From positions 64,001-128,000 of the IMG/VR virus record IMGVR_UViG_3300045988_165036: DNA of 64,000 nt; one strand, given 5' to 3'. The stretch comes from a virus. This document shows positions 17,372 through 27,128 of this stretch, one piece after another. The notes below the pieces were generated by a model. The model was not told the origin of the DNA and did no database searches. It was given only the letters and a program-made list of their open reading frames with translations. The position numbers and the translations under genes are program-made. Position 1 is the stretch's first letter; each line of letters opens with the position of its first letter.

Positions 17372-17599
17372 ATGGATGTGCATTTTCCATGCAGTTTCGG
17401 GGATACGGTTTACTATATTTCCGAAGTTGACAATACGACAATAAAAGAAGCCGTCGTTAGAGGGTTCCGCTTTTATCAATATTATACATTATATGATGTG
17501 TATGATAAAGAAGAAAATCGCTATTTTGTACTTGAATCCGATGAAATATATTTTACGAAAGAAGAAGCAGAAGAGGCTCTCGAAGAAGGAGAACAATAA
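17372..17599 (+). CDS. hypothetical protein (its 3' part is duplicated at 21539-21637)
   Basis: AAAGGAG RBS. Confidence 0.6.
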   Translation: MDVHFPCSFGDTVYYISEVDNTTIKEAVVRGFRFYQYYTLYDVYDKEENRYFVLESDEIYFTKEEAEEALEEGEQ

Positions 17600-17601
17600 T
17601 T

Positions 17602-17853
17602 ATGGAATACAAAAAGACAAAACTCCCATTTGTATTGGGAAGAAAATACAATAATCTTCTAAAAGATTATGAAGATGTGGTTTATAAGCTTGAAACTTTG
17701 TTGCTTACAGTAACCGGGAAGCTTTCAAAATCTACCTACCCGATCGATGTGATGCTGTCTGAATCAATTCGACACACAGAAGAGTTGGTCGACGAGGCAG
17801 TTGAAAGAGTTCTGAAAGAAAGTTTGGAGGTCGATGATGGCGACACAAACTAA
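17602..17853 (+). CDS. hypothetical protein
   Basis: GGAG RBS. Confidence 0.55.
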   Translation: MEYKKTKLPFVLGRKYNNLLKDYEDVVYKLETLLLTVTGKLSKSTYPIDVMLSESIRHTEELVDEAVERVLKESLEVDDGDTN

Positions 17854-18877
17854 AAAATCATACCAGCAGCCAAAATTCTCATATTCTCGAACGGAAGTAT
17901 ATGAGAATTGTCCCTACCGATATTATCTTCAATATGTGAAAGGGCATTATATTCCGGTAACAAGTCTTGCAATTTCATACGGACAAATTGTCCACAAAAT
18001 AAATCAGCTCCAAACCGAGATGCTTCTCGCCGGGAAACCCATCGACTATCCGATGCTGAAAGATTATTTCCAAAATGTGAACATTCCAAAGAAAAGTCCG
18101 AAAGACAAGGATGGAGATATTTTCGGAGTAAACATTCTTCGACGGATGTTCCCCGACGATTGGGAGGCTCTCGACAAAACAGGAAGAACATTCGAAGAGA
18201 AGGCACAAGCGTTTTTGGAAAGAGGGATTTATCGGCAAGAAGAGTATCTTGCAGAACATCCGGAACTCAAACTTTTTGCCGCAGAAATGCCGTTTGAATA
18301 TTACTTCGACAAAGTTCTTTTCACGGGTTCAATTGACCGCGTTCTTCGATGCCGCGATGACCCGAAGCACTTTGTAATCCACGACCTAAAGACAAGTGCG
18401 GAAGCATATGACGAGAAGAAGCTGGCAAGTCCCCGACAGATGTGGGTTTATGTCGGGGCGCTAAAGGAGCGGTTTGGGGATGACATTCAAGTTGATTGTG
18501 AATACGAATTCCCGGTAGCGGAAGAAACGCGGAGGGCTGGAACTAAGGGTTGGGAGAAGCGTTGCGGAACGAAGATGCGAAAAATACTGGATAATATTTT
18601 CAACGAAAACTGGACGGCGCACCCGTCTCCGCTGTGCTTCTACTGCGCGTTTTGTAATAACAATCCGAATCAACCGGCAGGAGCGGTGAATCTTTGCCCG
18701 TATTATAGTCTCTGGACTCCACAGGATAGATCGTTTGCTGTTCGGCTCCCGTGGCAAGGAATTGAGATGGATGAAATTCAGCACAAAAAACTTGAACAGC
18801 TCGAAGCGCTGGATAACGAGTTCGCCGACAAAATTGAAGAAGAAGCGGCGGAACTGGATGATGATTGGGACCTCTAA
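17834..18877 (+). CDS. PD-(D/E)XK nuclease, Cas4/RecB-like with Cys cluster
   Basis: N-terminal YENCPYRYYLQY; IDRV...IHDLKT; C-terminal CFYCAFC...CPYY (4-Cys pattern). Confidence 0.6.
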   Translation: MMATQTKKSYQQPKFSYSRTEVYENCPYRYYLQYVKGHYIPVTSLAISYGQIVHKINQLQTEMLLAGKPIDYPMLKDYFQNVNIPKKSPKDKDGDIFGVNILRRMFPDDWEALDKTGRTFEEKAQAFLERGIYRQEEYLAEHPELKLFAAEMPFEYYFDKVLFTGSIDRVLRCRDDPKHFVIHDLKTSAEAYDEKKLASPRQMWVYVGALKERFGDDIQVDCEYEFPVAEETRRAGTKGWEKRCGTKMRKILDNIFNENWTAHPSPLCFYCAFCNNNPNQPAGAVNLCPYYSLWTPQDRSFAVRLPWQGIEMDEIQHKKLEQLEALDNEFADKIEEEAAELDDDWDL

Positions 18878-18910
18878 AAAAAATAATTTAAAGAAATTTT
18901 TGAAAACCTC

Positions 18911-18939
18911 TTGACTTTTCTTATAAAGTGTAGTATAAT
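18911..18939 (+). promoter_or_regulatory. consensus promoter
   Basis: TTGACT-N17-TATAAT. Confidence 0.65.
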
Positions 18940-18972
18940 ATAGTCAAGAAAAAAAGAGAGAGGTAAAGTAAA

Positions 18973-19497
18973 ATGGCTGAGGTAATTTTTTGCAAGTGTG
19001 GACACATCCATGTTGTATCGGATGAGCAGATCGATAAGGCAATTGCAAACAACAAAGACCATTTGCTTATTTGTGCTGCCTGTGGGGCAACCTATGCAAT
19101 TGGAGCTGATTATATGGGTTCTGAGGAAGGATACTACATGCATAGATATAATCTCAATGAAGGAGAAATAATGTCTCCTGATAACATCAAGGAACGTTTC
19201 AGTGAAGTTGTTTATTCCAAGGGCTATGCGGTTCCCATGATGAACGGTTGCTTGGCGAATTATTATTTCGACGGAAGATTTTCTGACACAAGTGCACTCA
19301 CGACAATCGAAATTAAGCATCGGATGTTTCAGGACCAGATTTCGTTTGAGGAAGCATTTAAACGAATTAACAAGGACAGATGTACTGTTAACATGAAACT
19401 GTTTATTTGCTGGACTCCTGATTCTGTGCTTAAGTGGTTGTGTTCGTATCATATCAAGGGATTCAACTGGTGTGGCACTGAATACGACGAGAAGTAA
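18973..19497 (+). CDS. hypothetical Cys-rich protein (tandem paralog A)
   Basis: FCKCGHIHVV...LICAACGATY. Confidence 0.6.
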   Translation: MAEVIFCKCGHIHVVSDEQIDKAIANNKDHLLICAACGATYAIGADYMGSEEGYYMHRYNLNEGEIMSPDNIKERFSEVVYSKGYAVPMMNGCLANYYFDGRFSDTSALTTIEIKHRMFQDQISFEEAFKRINKDRCTVNMKLFICWTPDSVLKWLCSYHIKGFNWCGTEYDEK

Positions 19498-19527
19498 ACT
19501 TTAAAAAAGAGAAAGAGGTAAGATAAA

Positions 19528-20007
19528 ATGTTTCAAGATGATGTTCTTTTCTGCGGCTGCGGCCACATTCATGTTGTATCTGGAAAGGATTATTCCGATG
19601 CTGTCGAAGCAGGCAAAGAGAATCTCCTGATCTGTGGTAACTGCGGGGCGATGTACATTCATGGTGCAGAGGAGGTCGAGGGCGGCTATTCTCTGTATCG
19701 ACACGAACTCCCTCAGAATCTCATGACAAGCGAAAACAACTACTCCACAGACCTCACTGATTACCTGAAGAGATTTTATAAGGTGAACTATTCGGTGTGT
19801 TATGGTGTTCCGATGACCACTGGTTATTTCGCGGATACGCTTTTCTGTGGAAGCTTTCTCGACAATACGCACGATGATAATAACCAGCGGGTCGATATGA
19901 CGAGGTTTCTTCAAATAACTCCCGACCACGTTCTCAAGATGGTAAGTCAATACTACATCAGAGCCTTCAACTGGTCGAATACGAAATACGAACGGAAGAC
20001 AGTATAA
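19528..20007 (+). CDS. hypothetical Cys-rich protein (tandem paralog B)
   Basis: FCGCGHIHVV...LICGNCGAMY; its leader and RBS are similar to those of 18973. Confidence 0.6.
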   Translation: MFQDDVLFCGCGHIHVVSGKDYSDAVEAGKENLLICGNCGAMYIHGAEEVEGGYSLYRHELPQNLMTSENNYSTDLTDYLKRFYKVNYSVCYGVPMTTGYFADTLFCGSFLDNTHDDNNQRVDMTRFLQITPDHVLKMVSQYYIRAFNWSNTKYERKTV

Positions 20008-20065
20008 GAAATACTAAAAATTAGAGTTTGTGGAAAACCTCTTCAAAACCACGGAGAGGAAATAT

Positions 20066-20444
20066 TATGCTTACCACTTACAAAACTGCTGAACAGAAAT
20101 ATCTTTTCGAAGCCTACGCGAACGAAGAAGGATTCATCACTCAAGAAACCGTCGACAAGCTCTCCGATATGCTTTCCGATGATGTCTATGTTCGTCCGGA
20201 AGGAGGATGTGACTACAAGACGAAGGCGACCAATGCAGAAAAGAAGTTCCTTGCGCAGCTTCTCGGAGCTGGACTCTTGGCAATCAGAGACGGAGGCGAA
20301 TTCTATTCGGTTGCGAATGCTCTTGAATATATGTTCGTGCGTTGGAACTCCGACAGCAAGGGAAGACATCTGAACAGTTATTTGACTTTCTACTGTCCTC
20401 TCGCAAGACTGTGCGGAAGAGGGGAGAAAGAAAATGAAAAATAA
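20066..20444 (+). CDS. hypothetical protein
   Basis: GGAGAGG RBS then ATG 20066. Confidence 0.55.
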
Positions 20445-20730
20445 AGGATTGAAGAGGGTAAGCAGGAGGCGTCTTAAGCAGATATATCCTAATAAGAAGC
20501 TTTCCATAGGACTTTCCTATTATGTCGGAATGACGACCGAACTGGAGTATGTATTGATCGCCAAGATGAATTTCTTCGGAGGATTGATTACTATTCTTGG
20601 AGCTCCTGTTTTTATTCTGATTGAAGGAGTAGCGTCTTATAAGGAGACCCTTTTGTCTGACATTCATCGTGAGGAGTCCTGTACTATCCTCCAGGAAAAT
20701 TACGAAAGATTGTTGAATAAAAGACTCTGA
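20434..20730 (+). CDS. hypothetical protein with a hydrophobic segment
   Basis: ORF with RBS GGGGAG. Confidence 0.5.
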   Translation: MKNKGLKRVSRRRLKQIYPNKKLSIGLSYYVGMTTELEYVLIAKMNFFGGLITILGAPVFILIEGVASYKETLLSDIHREESCTILQENYERLLNKRL

Positions 20731-20848
20731 GTTGAGACAGACTGAGTTCTTTTTGATGAGAAGAGGCGGAGGATGCTTCTCCTTCAAACAAAAATATTTT
20801 TTCAAAAGAAAGTTTTATTAAGAAAGAACAAGGAGGAACAACCTCACA

Positions 20849-21145
20849 ATGACGAATATTTACGAGGCGTGCGACGGCAGACAATTTACCGACTATAAAA
20901 CCGCTACAGACTACGAAACTTTATTACAAACTTTTGTGCTTTTCACCGATGATGGAGATATTACCTTCGGTCTTGGTGCTGCGATGTATCTTTTTTGCCC
21001 TACGGTTGATAGTATTAACAACTTTAATCATTGCTATAAAGATAGACTGTCTCGTCTCATCGATGATAGAGTACCGGGGCTATATATTAAACAAGAGGGA
21101 TGTTTTATGGATCCGATTTTTGTAAAGATGTCTTCGAATGAATAA
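20849..21145 (+). CDS. hypothetical protein
   Basis: AAGGAGG RBS. Confidence 0.6.
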   Translation: MTNIYEACDGRQFTDYKTATDYETLLQTFVLFTDDGDITFGLGAAMYLFCPTVDSINNFNHCYKDRLSRLIDDRVPGLYIKQEGCFMDPIFVKMSSNE

Positions 21146-21202
21146 GTTGTTTTAGTTCGGCACAGTCTATTAAACATTAAAAATTAGAAAAGGAGAAGTT
21201 TT

Positions 21203-21346
21203 ATGAAAATTGTTTTGATTTGCTTAGCATCGCTAATTCTTGTTACGGTTTTGCTTTTTTTAATAGCCTGCTGTATGGTATCGGGAAGGTGCTCGAAGCA
21301 GGAAGAACTAAGGAATAGGATGACCGAGTATGAGGAGACTTTTTAA
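21203..21346 (+). CDS. small membrane protein (47 aa, below the ORF-track cutoff)
   Basis: AAAGGAG RBS; MKIVLICLASLILVTVLLFLIACC... Confidence 0.5.
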   Translation: MKIVLICLASLILVTVLLFLIACCMVSGRCSKQEELRNRMTEYEETF

Positions 21347-21461
21347 TTATTTCTTAGAGTGGTATTATAGAGAATGCTATGCTTGCAGATATAGGCATCG
21401 ATGGGATGCGTGTTACGAATGCAAGTGTCGAGGAAAACATTCGCTGTGGCGACGAAAATAG
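21330..21461 (+). CDS. possible small Cys-rich protein (43 aa)
   Basis: ATG 21330; CYAC...CYEC. Confidence 0.25.
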   Translation: MRRLFNYFLEWYYRECYACRYRHRWDACYECKCRGKHSLWRRK

Positions 21462-21538
21462 CTTCCTTTGAAGGATATAGATCATAAAAAAGAAAGGAAG
21501 ATGGTTTTTATTATGAACAGAAATAATAAAATTTTTCA

Positions 21539-21637
21539 GAATATGATGTGTATAATAAAGAAGAAGATGACTACTTTGTATTGGAATCAGACAACATATA
21601 TTTTACGAGGGAAGAAGCGAAAGGAGAATTAAAATGA
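21539..21637 (+). pseudogene. start-less duplicate of the 3' end of gene 17372..17599
   Basis: EYDVYNKEEDDYFVLESDNIYFTREEA vs YDVYDKEENRYFVLESDEIYFTKEEA; preceded by TAA TAA. Confidence 0.6.
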
Positions 21638-21882
21638 ACGAAGCCTATCTTGTCGTGAAAGGGAGGAAAGAAATGAGTAAATGTGATTGCTATCAATTTG
21701 AAACCAAAAGACGCTATTTATCAAACATTGACAAAATAACTTACACATTGGCCACTGAAAGGCTTGCGCCCGAATATATTGATGAAGAAGTTGGTGTTTG
21801 TTATGGCACTAAAGAAAAAGATGTTTGTAATTGCGGTGGAGATTGGAGAGTATTGGGGAACAGATCCGATTTATTATGTTGA
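21634..21882 (+). CDS. hypothetical Cys-rich protein, possibly frameshifted into the 21764..21982 frame
   Basis: Two overlapping protein-like frames; G4 run 21854-21857. Confidence 0.45.
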   Translation: MNEAYLVVKGRKEMSKCDCYQFETKRRYLSNIDKITYTLATERLAPEYIDEEVGVCYGTKEKDVCNCGGDWRVLGNRSDLLC

Positions 21883-21965
21883 CTCTAAAAACAAGGAAGA
21901 AGACGGAGCGGCGAAATTGTGTTGTAAAATTCTGGAAGCAATTCGGGTGTCACGGGGAGGAATCG

Positions 21966-22277
21966 ATGGAGAAAATTCTTGAAAACACGCCAGAAACACA
22001 CGAATATCTCGAATCGCTTCCAAAGATTTATATGATCGCCTGTTGGGCGGGATATGGTGTTCGAGAATTTCCATTCGCTGGAAAGTATACGATAGATGGT
22101 ATTCCGTTTGTGTGGATATATGACGACTGTAACGGGACTTGCGATTGTTATTTCGTGCGCAAATTAACTCACACAACAACCGGCTGGATTTATGCTTGGA
22201 CGACAAGCAAGAGTCGCGCTGAAGAGATTGCGAGGGCATTAAATGAGGTTGCAGGGGAAGGTTGGAGGAATCAATGA
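21966..22277 (+). CDS. hypothetical protein
   Basis: GGGGAGG RBS, ATG 21966. Confidence 0.55.
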   Translation: MEKILENTPETHEYLESLPKIYMIACWAGYGVREFPFAGKYTIDGIPFVWIYDDCNGTCDCYFVRKLTHTTTGWIYAWTTSKSRAEEIARALNEVAGEGWRNQ

Positions 22278-22366
22278 TGTCAATTATCTTGTCTTCAATT
22301 GCTATCGTTTCATCTGTCGTTTCACTTTTCATTGTGCTTTCGATAGATCGAGATAACGAGAATTAA
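22274..22366 (+). CDS. small single-TM protein (30 aa)
   Basis: GGAGG RBS; ATGA overlap; MMSIILSSIAIVSSVVSLFIVL. Confidence 0.4.
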   Translation: MMSIILSSIAIVSSVVSLFIVLSIDRDNEN

Positions 22367-22378
22367 ATTATTTTTTCA

Positions 22379-22415
22379 AAAAGCCCTTGACAACTGAGGG
22401 CTTTTGTGGTATACT
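22379..22415 (+). promoter_or_regulatory. consensus promoter with the -35 box in a hairpin loop
   Basis: AAAAGCCC-TTGACA(22387)...GGGCTTTT; TATACT 22410-22415. Confidence 0.7.
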
Positions 22416-22444
22416 GTTTCCAGAAAGAAAAAGGAGTAAGTACA

Positions 22445-22621
22445 ATGTGTAAAAATATCTCAACAAACAACATTCTTTACAAAAATTTAGATGTTTCTAC
22501 TCCTATCACAACAGAAGTGATTTTACCAAAAGATATGGTGATTTTTATACCAGAAGATTCGTTTGCAAAGGAAAGGGGATTAAAGTGTCAACAAGTAGAA
22601 TTATCGTCGAGGGGTTTGTAA
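22445..22621 (+). CDS. small hypothetical protein (58 aa)
   Basis: AAGGAG 8 nt before ATG 22445; overlaps the helicase start. Confidence 0.45.
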   Translation: MCKNISTNNILYKNLDVSTPITTEVILPKDMVIFIPEDSFAKERGLKCQQVELSSRGL

Positions 22622-24924
22622 ATAAGCAAATCTTTCCTCGGACAAAAGTAAAAAGTGGCGATTTCGCCATATTTACGTTTTCACCGGAAAGTGTAATCGG
22701 CGAAATCGACAAGCGGGCTAAAAATCCAAAATATAGAACCGACGATATAACATTTAAGGGTCGTGTCCCCGAACTCGATGGCGGAACAAGATATAAAATA
22801 ACCGCAGACCTCAAGCAGGACGCAAAATATGGCTGGCAGTATGATATCGTCAGCATTAACTCCGTTGTTAAACTCGACACAGAGGCAGATGTTAGAAAGT
22901 TTCTCGGTTATGTTTTTACGGAAAATCAAATCAACGCACTATACGAAGCATATCCGAACCCCGTTGAGATTCTGGAGCGCGGAGATATCGAGGCGCTGTG
23001 TAAAATCAAGGGAATCAAAGAGGCAAAAGCAGAAAAGCTTTTAAGTAAGTATAATGCCTCCAAAGATAGTAGTAAGGCATATATGACACTGTCGGAGTTT
23101 GGGCTGTCAAAGGCAACCATAAACCGTTTGGTTGAACATTATGGCTCCGCAGATATTCTCGCCGAAAAAGTAAAAAATAACCCATACGCACTGATTGGAG
23201 AGGGCGTTCGAATCGGCTGGTCGAAGGCGGACGGTATGGCGTTGCGAAAAGGAATCCCAACAAATTCTCAGTTTCGAATTAACGCATATGCGCTGTATTA
23301 TTTGAGAAACCTTGCGGAGCTTGACGGTCACACGTGGGTTCCGTTAGAAGCTCTTGGTTCCGGCATTAAAGGATTGTCCACAGATATCTCCACCGAAATG
23401 GTAAAAAGAGAACTTCAAGGAATGGTCGAAAACAAAACGCTGTTTTACGACAGGGAGACAAAGCGAATCGGACTTATGAAATATCGAAAGCTCGAAGAGA
23501 TGATTTGTCGCGAGCTTTTGAGACTTCAGGACGCAGAGTGTCGCAAAATGGAGTTCGTTGAAGAGACAATCGCGGAGTGCGAGGAAACCGTTGGTTTCCA
23601 ATATACCGAAGAACAGAAAGATGCGATACGAAATTTAGTGAATAAAAACGTCATTTTAATGACGGCTCTCGGAGGTAGTGGCAAGACAACGTTGATGTAT
23701 CCAGTCTCTCGGATCTTCAGAAGGAATGGATTAGGTTTCGAAATCTGCGCTCTCTCTGGGAAAGCATCGCTAAACCTTCATGAGATCACGAAAGAAGATG
23801 GTAAAACAATTCATCGCCTTCTTGGATGGAATCCAAAGTTCGGTGGACCGACCTTCACAAAGAAAAATCCTCTAAAAACCGATGTCGTTATTTTGGACGA
23901 AGTTTCAATGGTCGGTGGAGAGTTGTTTTATTCGTTAATTTCTGCGATTCCCGATGGCGGTCGTCTGATTATGCTGGGAGACCCCGGGCAGTTGGAGTCA
24001 ATTGGTTTGTGTAACCTGATTTCAGATATTCAAAACTCTAGGAAGATAACAAACGTAAAACTGACAAAGATATTTCGTCAGGCGCAGCGCTCAGGGATAA
24101 TCACGGACTCTCACAAGGTTTATAATCAAGTTCCAATTATCCCGCAGAAGTTCCACGGAGAAGAAATCCACGGAGAGCTAAAAGATCTAAAAATCATAAC
24201 AAAGTCTTCTTCTGAAGAATGCCTCGAAACAATCAAAAGAGAGTTTAAGCGACTTTACTTCGACGAGAATATTCCGATCGAAGACATTTTGATTCTTTCC
24301 GCAAAGCGTTCAATGGGAGATTTGTCTGGACTGTCAATCAACCACGAAATTCAGAGTATGATTCAATTCGAGGACGAAAACCCGCTAAAAATCACATATT
24401 CTGATGAAATCAAATATGATGTATTGTATCACGTTGGTGATAGAGTGATTGTGATGAAAAACAATTATGAGGCAAAAACACCAGAAGGAAATACAATAGA
24501 AATTTTTAATGGAAACATCGGTACAGTAATTGCTAAAGATAATTTCCGCCGACAACTCGTTGTTCGTCTCACTCAAGGAGATGTCATCATTGAGGGAGAT
24601 ATGTTGCTTGAACTTCAACTCGGATATGCAATTTCTTGCCACCGAGCGCAAGGTTCCGGTTTTCCATACGTCATTGTGGCGTGCGACCCCGTGGCGTATC
24701 AACTTCTCACAAAGCAATGGTTGTATACGGCACTGTCGAGAGCAAAGAAGTATTGTGTTCTTGTTGGGACAGACAAATCAATCAATCAGTGTATTAAAAC
24801 AGACAGGGTGACAAGAAAATCAACGTGGCTTGCAGAGTTGCTGATGTTCCCCGAAAGAATTTGTTGTATTCGGATGACGGATTCAACGCAAGACGAAAGA
24901 ATTCAAATAGATATGGAGGATTAA
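22585..24924 (+). CDS. recD: RecD-like SF1 DNA helicase
   Basis: ALGGSGKTT, VILDEVSMV, GDPGQLESIG, AISCHRAQGSGFPYVIV. Confidence 0.85.
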   Translation: MSTSRIIVEGFVNKQIFPRTKVKSGDFAIFTFSPESVIGEIDKRAKNPKYRTDDITFKGRVPELDGGTRYKITADLKQDAKYGWQYDIVSINSVVKLDTEADVRKFLGYVFTENQINALYEAYPNPVEILERGDIEALCKIKGIKEAKAEKLLSKYNASKDSSKAYMTLSEFGLSKATINRLVEHYGSADILAEKVKNNPYALIGEGVRIGWSKADGMALRKGIPTNSQFRINAYALYYLRNLAELDGHTWVPLEALGSGIKGLSTDISTEMVKRELQGMVENKTLFYDRETKRIGLMKYRKLEEMICRELLRLQDAECRKMEFVEETIAECEETVGFQYTEEQKDAIRNLVNKNVILMTALGGSGKTTLMYPVSRIFRRNGLGFEICALSGKASLNLHEITKEDGKTIHRLLGWNPKFGGPTFTKKNPLKTDVVILDEVSMVGGELFYSLISAIPDGGRLIMLGDPGQLESIGLCNLISDIQNSRKITNVKLTKIFRQAQRSGIITDSHKVYNQVPIIPQKFHGEEIHGELKDLKIITKSSSEECLETIKREFKRLYFDENIPIEDILILSAKRSMGDLSGLSINHEIQSMIQFEDENPLKITYSDEIKYDVLYHVGDRVIVMKNNYEAKTPEGNTIEIFNGNIGTVIAKDNFRRQLVVRLTQGDVIIEGDMLLELQLGYAISCHRAQGSGFPYVIVACDPVAYQLLTKQWLYTALSRAKKYCVLVGTDKSINQCIKTDRVTRKSTWLAELLMFPERICCIRMTDSTQDERIQIDMED

Positions 24925-25043
24925 TCGATGCTAATAATTTATATGGAGCGCAAGAGCACCCGTGGCTTTAGTCGTGGGATGAATTGCGCTTAGAATGTTA
25001 TAAATTAAACAATATATTAAAAATCAAAAAGGAGGTGAAGGGC

Positions 25044-26159
25044 GTGGAAAAGGCTTATAAATACCGCATATACCCAAACGAACGGCAAAAAGAAATAATT
25101 GCAAAAACATTTGGTTGTTGCCGATTTGTATATAACAAATATCTTGCAGAAAAGATTGAATTATATAAAACCGAAAAGAAAAACATAACATATGTTAAAT
25201 GTGCAAAAGCAATGTCTGAATTGAAAAACGAGCTTGAATGGCTTACGGAAGTCGATTCCACGGCTCTTCAATCCTCGTTAAAAGACTTAGATAACGCTTA
25301 TAAAAAATTTTTCAAAGAACATGCGGGTTATCCAAAATTCAAAAGCAAGAAAGATAATCATAAGTCTTACAAATCTAAATACACAAATGGTAATATAGAA
25401 TATCTGAACAACCACATTAAACTACCGAAACTTGGTTTGGTAAAAACGAGAAACAAGTTAATACCGCAAGGAAGGATAGTTAATGCAACAATATCACAAG
25501 AACCAACTGGAAAGTATTTTGTATCGTTGTGTTGTGTGGGCGTGAATATTCAGCCATTACCAACCACAAACAATTTGGTCGGTATAGATTTGGGGATTAA
25601 AGAATTCTGTATAACCAGTGATGGTGAGCTTGTGAACAACCCGAAATATCTTAAACAATCTCTTGACAAGCTTGCGAAAGTGCAGAGAGAACTATCTCGA
25701 AAAACAAAAGGTGGCTCTAACCGCAATAAAGCAAGAATAAAAGTTGCGAGATTGTACGAGAAGGTTTCTAATCAACGAAGAGACTTTTTGCAAAAACTTT
25801 CAACGCAAATAATAAAAGAAAATGACATGATTTGTCTCGAAGATTTGCAAGTTAAGAATATGGTTAAAAACCATAAACTTGCACGAGCAATCAACGATGT
25901 TTCTTGGTCGGAGTTTGTAAGAGAATTAGAATATAAAGCTCGTTGGTATGGAAGGACGGTAATTAAAGTCAGCAAATTCTTTCCGAGTTCACAGACTTGC
26001 AGTATTTGCGGTTGTAAAAATGCAGAAACAAAAAGTCTTAAGGTTAGAGAGTGGGATTGCCCCGTTTGTCACGCACACCATGACAGAGATGTAAATGCGG
26101 CGATAAATATTTTAAACGAAGGATTAAATGTTTGGCGGAATGAGAAAAATATGTTATAA
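25044..26159 (+). CDS. tnpB: TnpB, copy 2
   Basis: GGAGG then GTG 25044; [19 protein letters not shown]; GIDLGIKEF; LEDLQVKNM; CSICG...CPVCH; [10 protein letters not shown]. Confidence 0.9.
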   Translation: MEKAYKYRIYPNERQKEIIAKTFGCCRFVYNKYLAEKIELYKTEKKNITYVKCAKAMSELKNELEWLTEVDSTALQSSLKDLDNAYKKFFKEHAGYPKFKSKKDNHKSYKSKYTNGNIEYLNNHIKLPKLGLVKTRNKLIPQGRIVNATISQEPTGKYFVSLCCVGVNIQPLPTTNNLVGIDLGIKEFCITSDGELVNNPKYLKQSLDKLAKVQRELSRKTKGGSNRNKARIKVARLYEKVSNQRRDFLQKLSTQIIKENDMICLEDLQVKNMVKNHKLARAINDVSWSEFVRELEYKARWYGRTVIKVSKFFPSSQTCSICGCKNAETKSLKVREWDCPVCHAHHDRDVNAAINILNEGLNVWRNEKNML

Positions 26160-26261
26160 TACAAACAACCGTTGGGACAACGGGGATAGCTTGGTAAATA
26201 TTTCGACAGTGGTCGGAAATTCCCAAGAATCTCACGACTAAAGTCGCGAGAGGTTCAACAG
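26160..26261 (+). ncRNA. probable 3' part of the TnpB-2 omega/reRNA
   Basis: Hairpins CCGTTGGGACAACGG and CTCACGACTAAAGTCGCGAG directly after tnpB. Confidence 0.4.
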
Positions 26262-26359
26262 ATTCACGAAATGTCTTACGGATACGAAGACTATCGTGAT
26301 ACCATCGTGAAATCATAGAAAGCTGTGATTGCTTCGAAGCGGAAGAAGACGGCGAATCT

Positions 26360-26710
26360 TTGATTGTGTTTTGTAAAAACGCGGTATATTCATACGACGA
26401 AAGCGTTCATTATGAGATAGAAGAAGTTGATGTTGATGATGAGATGGAGGGCGGAAGAATGAAAGATCAAAAACACATTCCCGGCAAGCCGATGTATTCC
26501 GTTGGAGATCGGGTTTCTTTTCAAATGACCATTGATGAAAATATTGAAATCTTCGACGGAACTATCGAAATTGTCGATAGATTTGGCGCGTGGGATATTG
26601 ACTACCCCAGCGAACCCTCATACGACATTTTGGTTTGTAACTGGCGTGGAAGCGGAGAGATAATGCTCGTCAAACATATTAGAGAATCGGTAATCACGAA
26701 AAAATATTAA
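26360..26710 (+). CDS. hypothetical protein (start uncertain; ATG 26459 has a GGAGGG RBS)
   Basis: The frame is open from about 26298, next to the IS right end. Confidence 0.5.
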   Translation: MIVFCKNAVYSYDESVHYEIEEVDVDDEMEGGRMKDQKHIPGKPMYSVGDRVSFQMTIDENIEIFDGTIEIVDRFGAWDIDYPSEPSYDILVCNWRGSGEIMLVKHIRESVITKKY

Positions 26711-26729
26711 ATTATTTTCCATAAACCTC

Positions 26730-26758
26730 TTGACAACCAAGGTGTCTTGTGATATAAT
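26730..26758 (+). promoter_or_regulatory. consensus promoter (extended -10)
   Basis: TTGACA-N17-TGA-TATAAT; 34-nt core identical to the one at 27845. Confidence 0.7.
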
Positions 26759-26786
26759 AATAGTGGAAACGAAAGGAGGAAATAAA

Positions 26787-27110
26787 ATGGTTTGTGAAAT
26801 TTGTGGGAAAAATTTTGAGCACAAAATGTATTATAGAGAATATTCTAATTGTTGTTCTGGAAGATGTTTTACAAGAAAATTTTGGAACAATATTATGGAG
26901 GAAAAAGACGAACACGTTATTGTAGACGGAACTTGTTATGTGATTGCCAATACTCCGACCAACGGATTTTGTGGATTCGGTGGTTGTCGGTTTAAAATTA
27001 AAATGTTTGATACTGGAGAAGTTATAGAAACCAATAATCTTTGGTGTCAAGGAAAAATTCCAGAAGAATATCGTGACCAGTTCCCCGATACAGCTCAATT
27101 CATCGTATAA
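26787..27110 (+). CDS. hypothetical Cys-rich protein
   Basis: AAAGGAGG RBS; MVCEICGK... Confidence 0.6.
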   Translation: MVCEICGKNFEHKMYYREYSNCCSGRCFTRKFWNNIMEEKDEHVIVDGTCYVIANTPTNGFCGFGGCRFKIKMFDTGEVIETNNLWCQGKIPEEYRDQFPDTAQFIV

Positions 27111-27128
27111 AATTAGAGGAAAATTTTT

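Larger units (their letters stand above)
24930..26261 (+). mobile_element. TnpB-only IS200/605-like element, copy 2
   Basis: Left-end motif GGCTTTAGTCGTGGGATGAATTGCG, shared with copy 3; right-end hairpin CTCACGAC-TAAA-GTCGCGAG; boundaries approximate. Confidence 0.6.
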
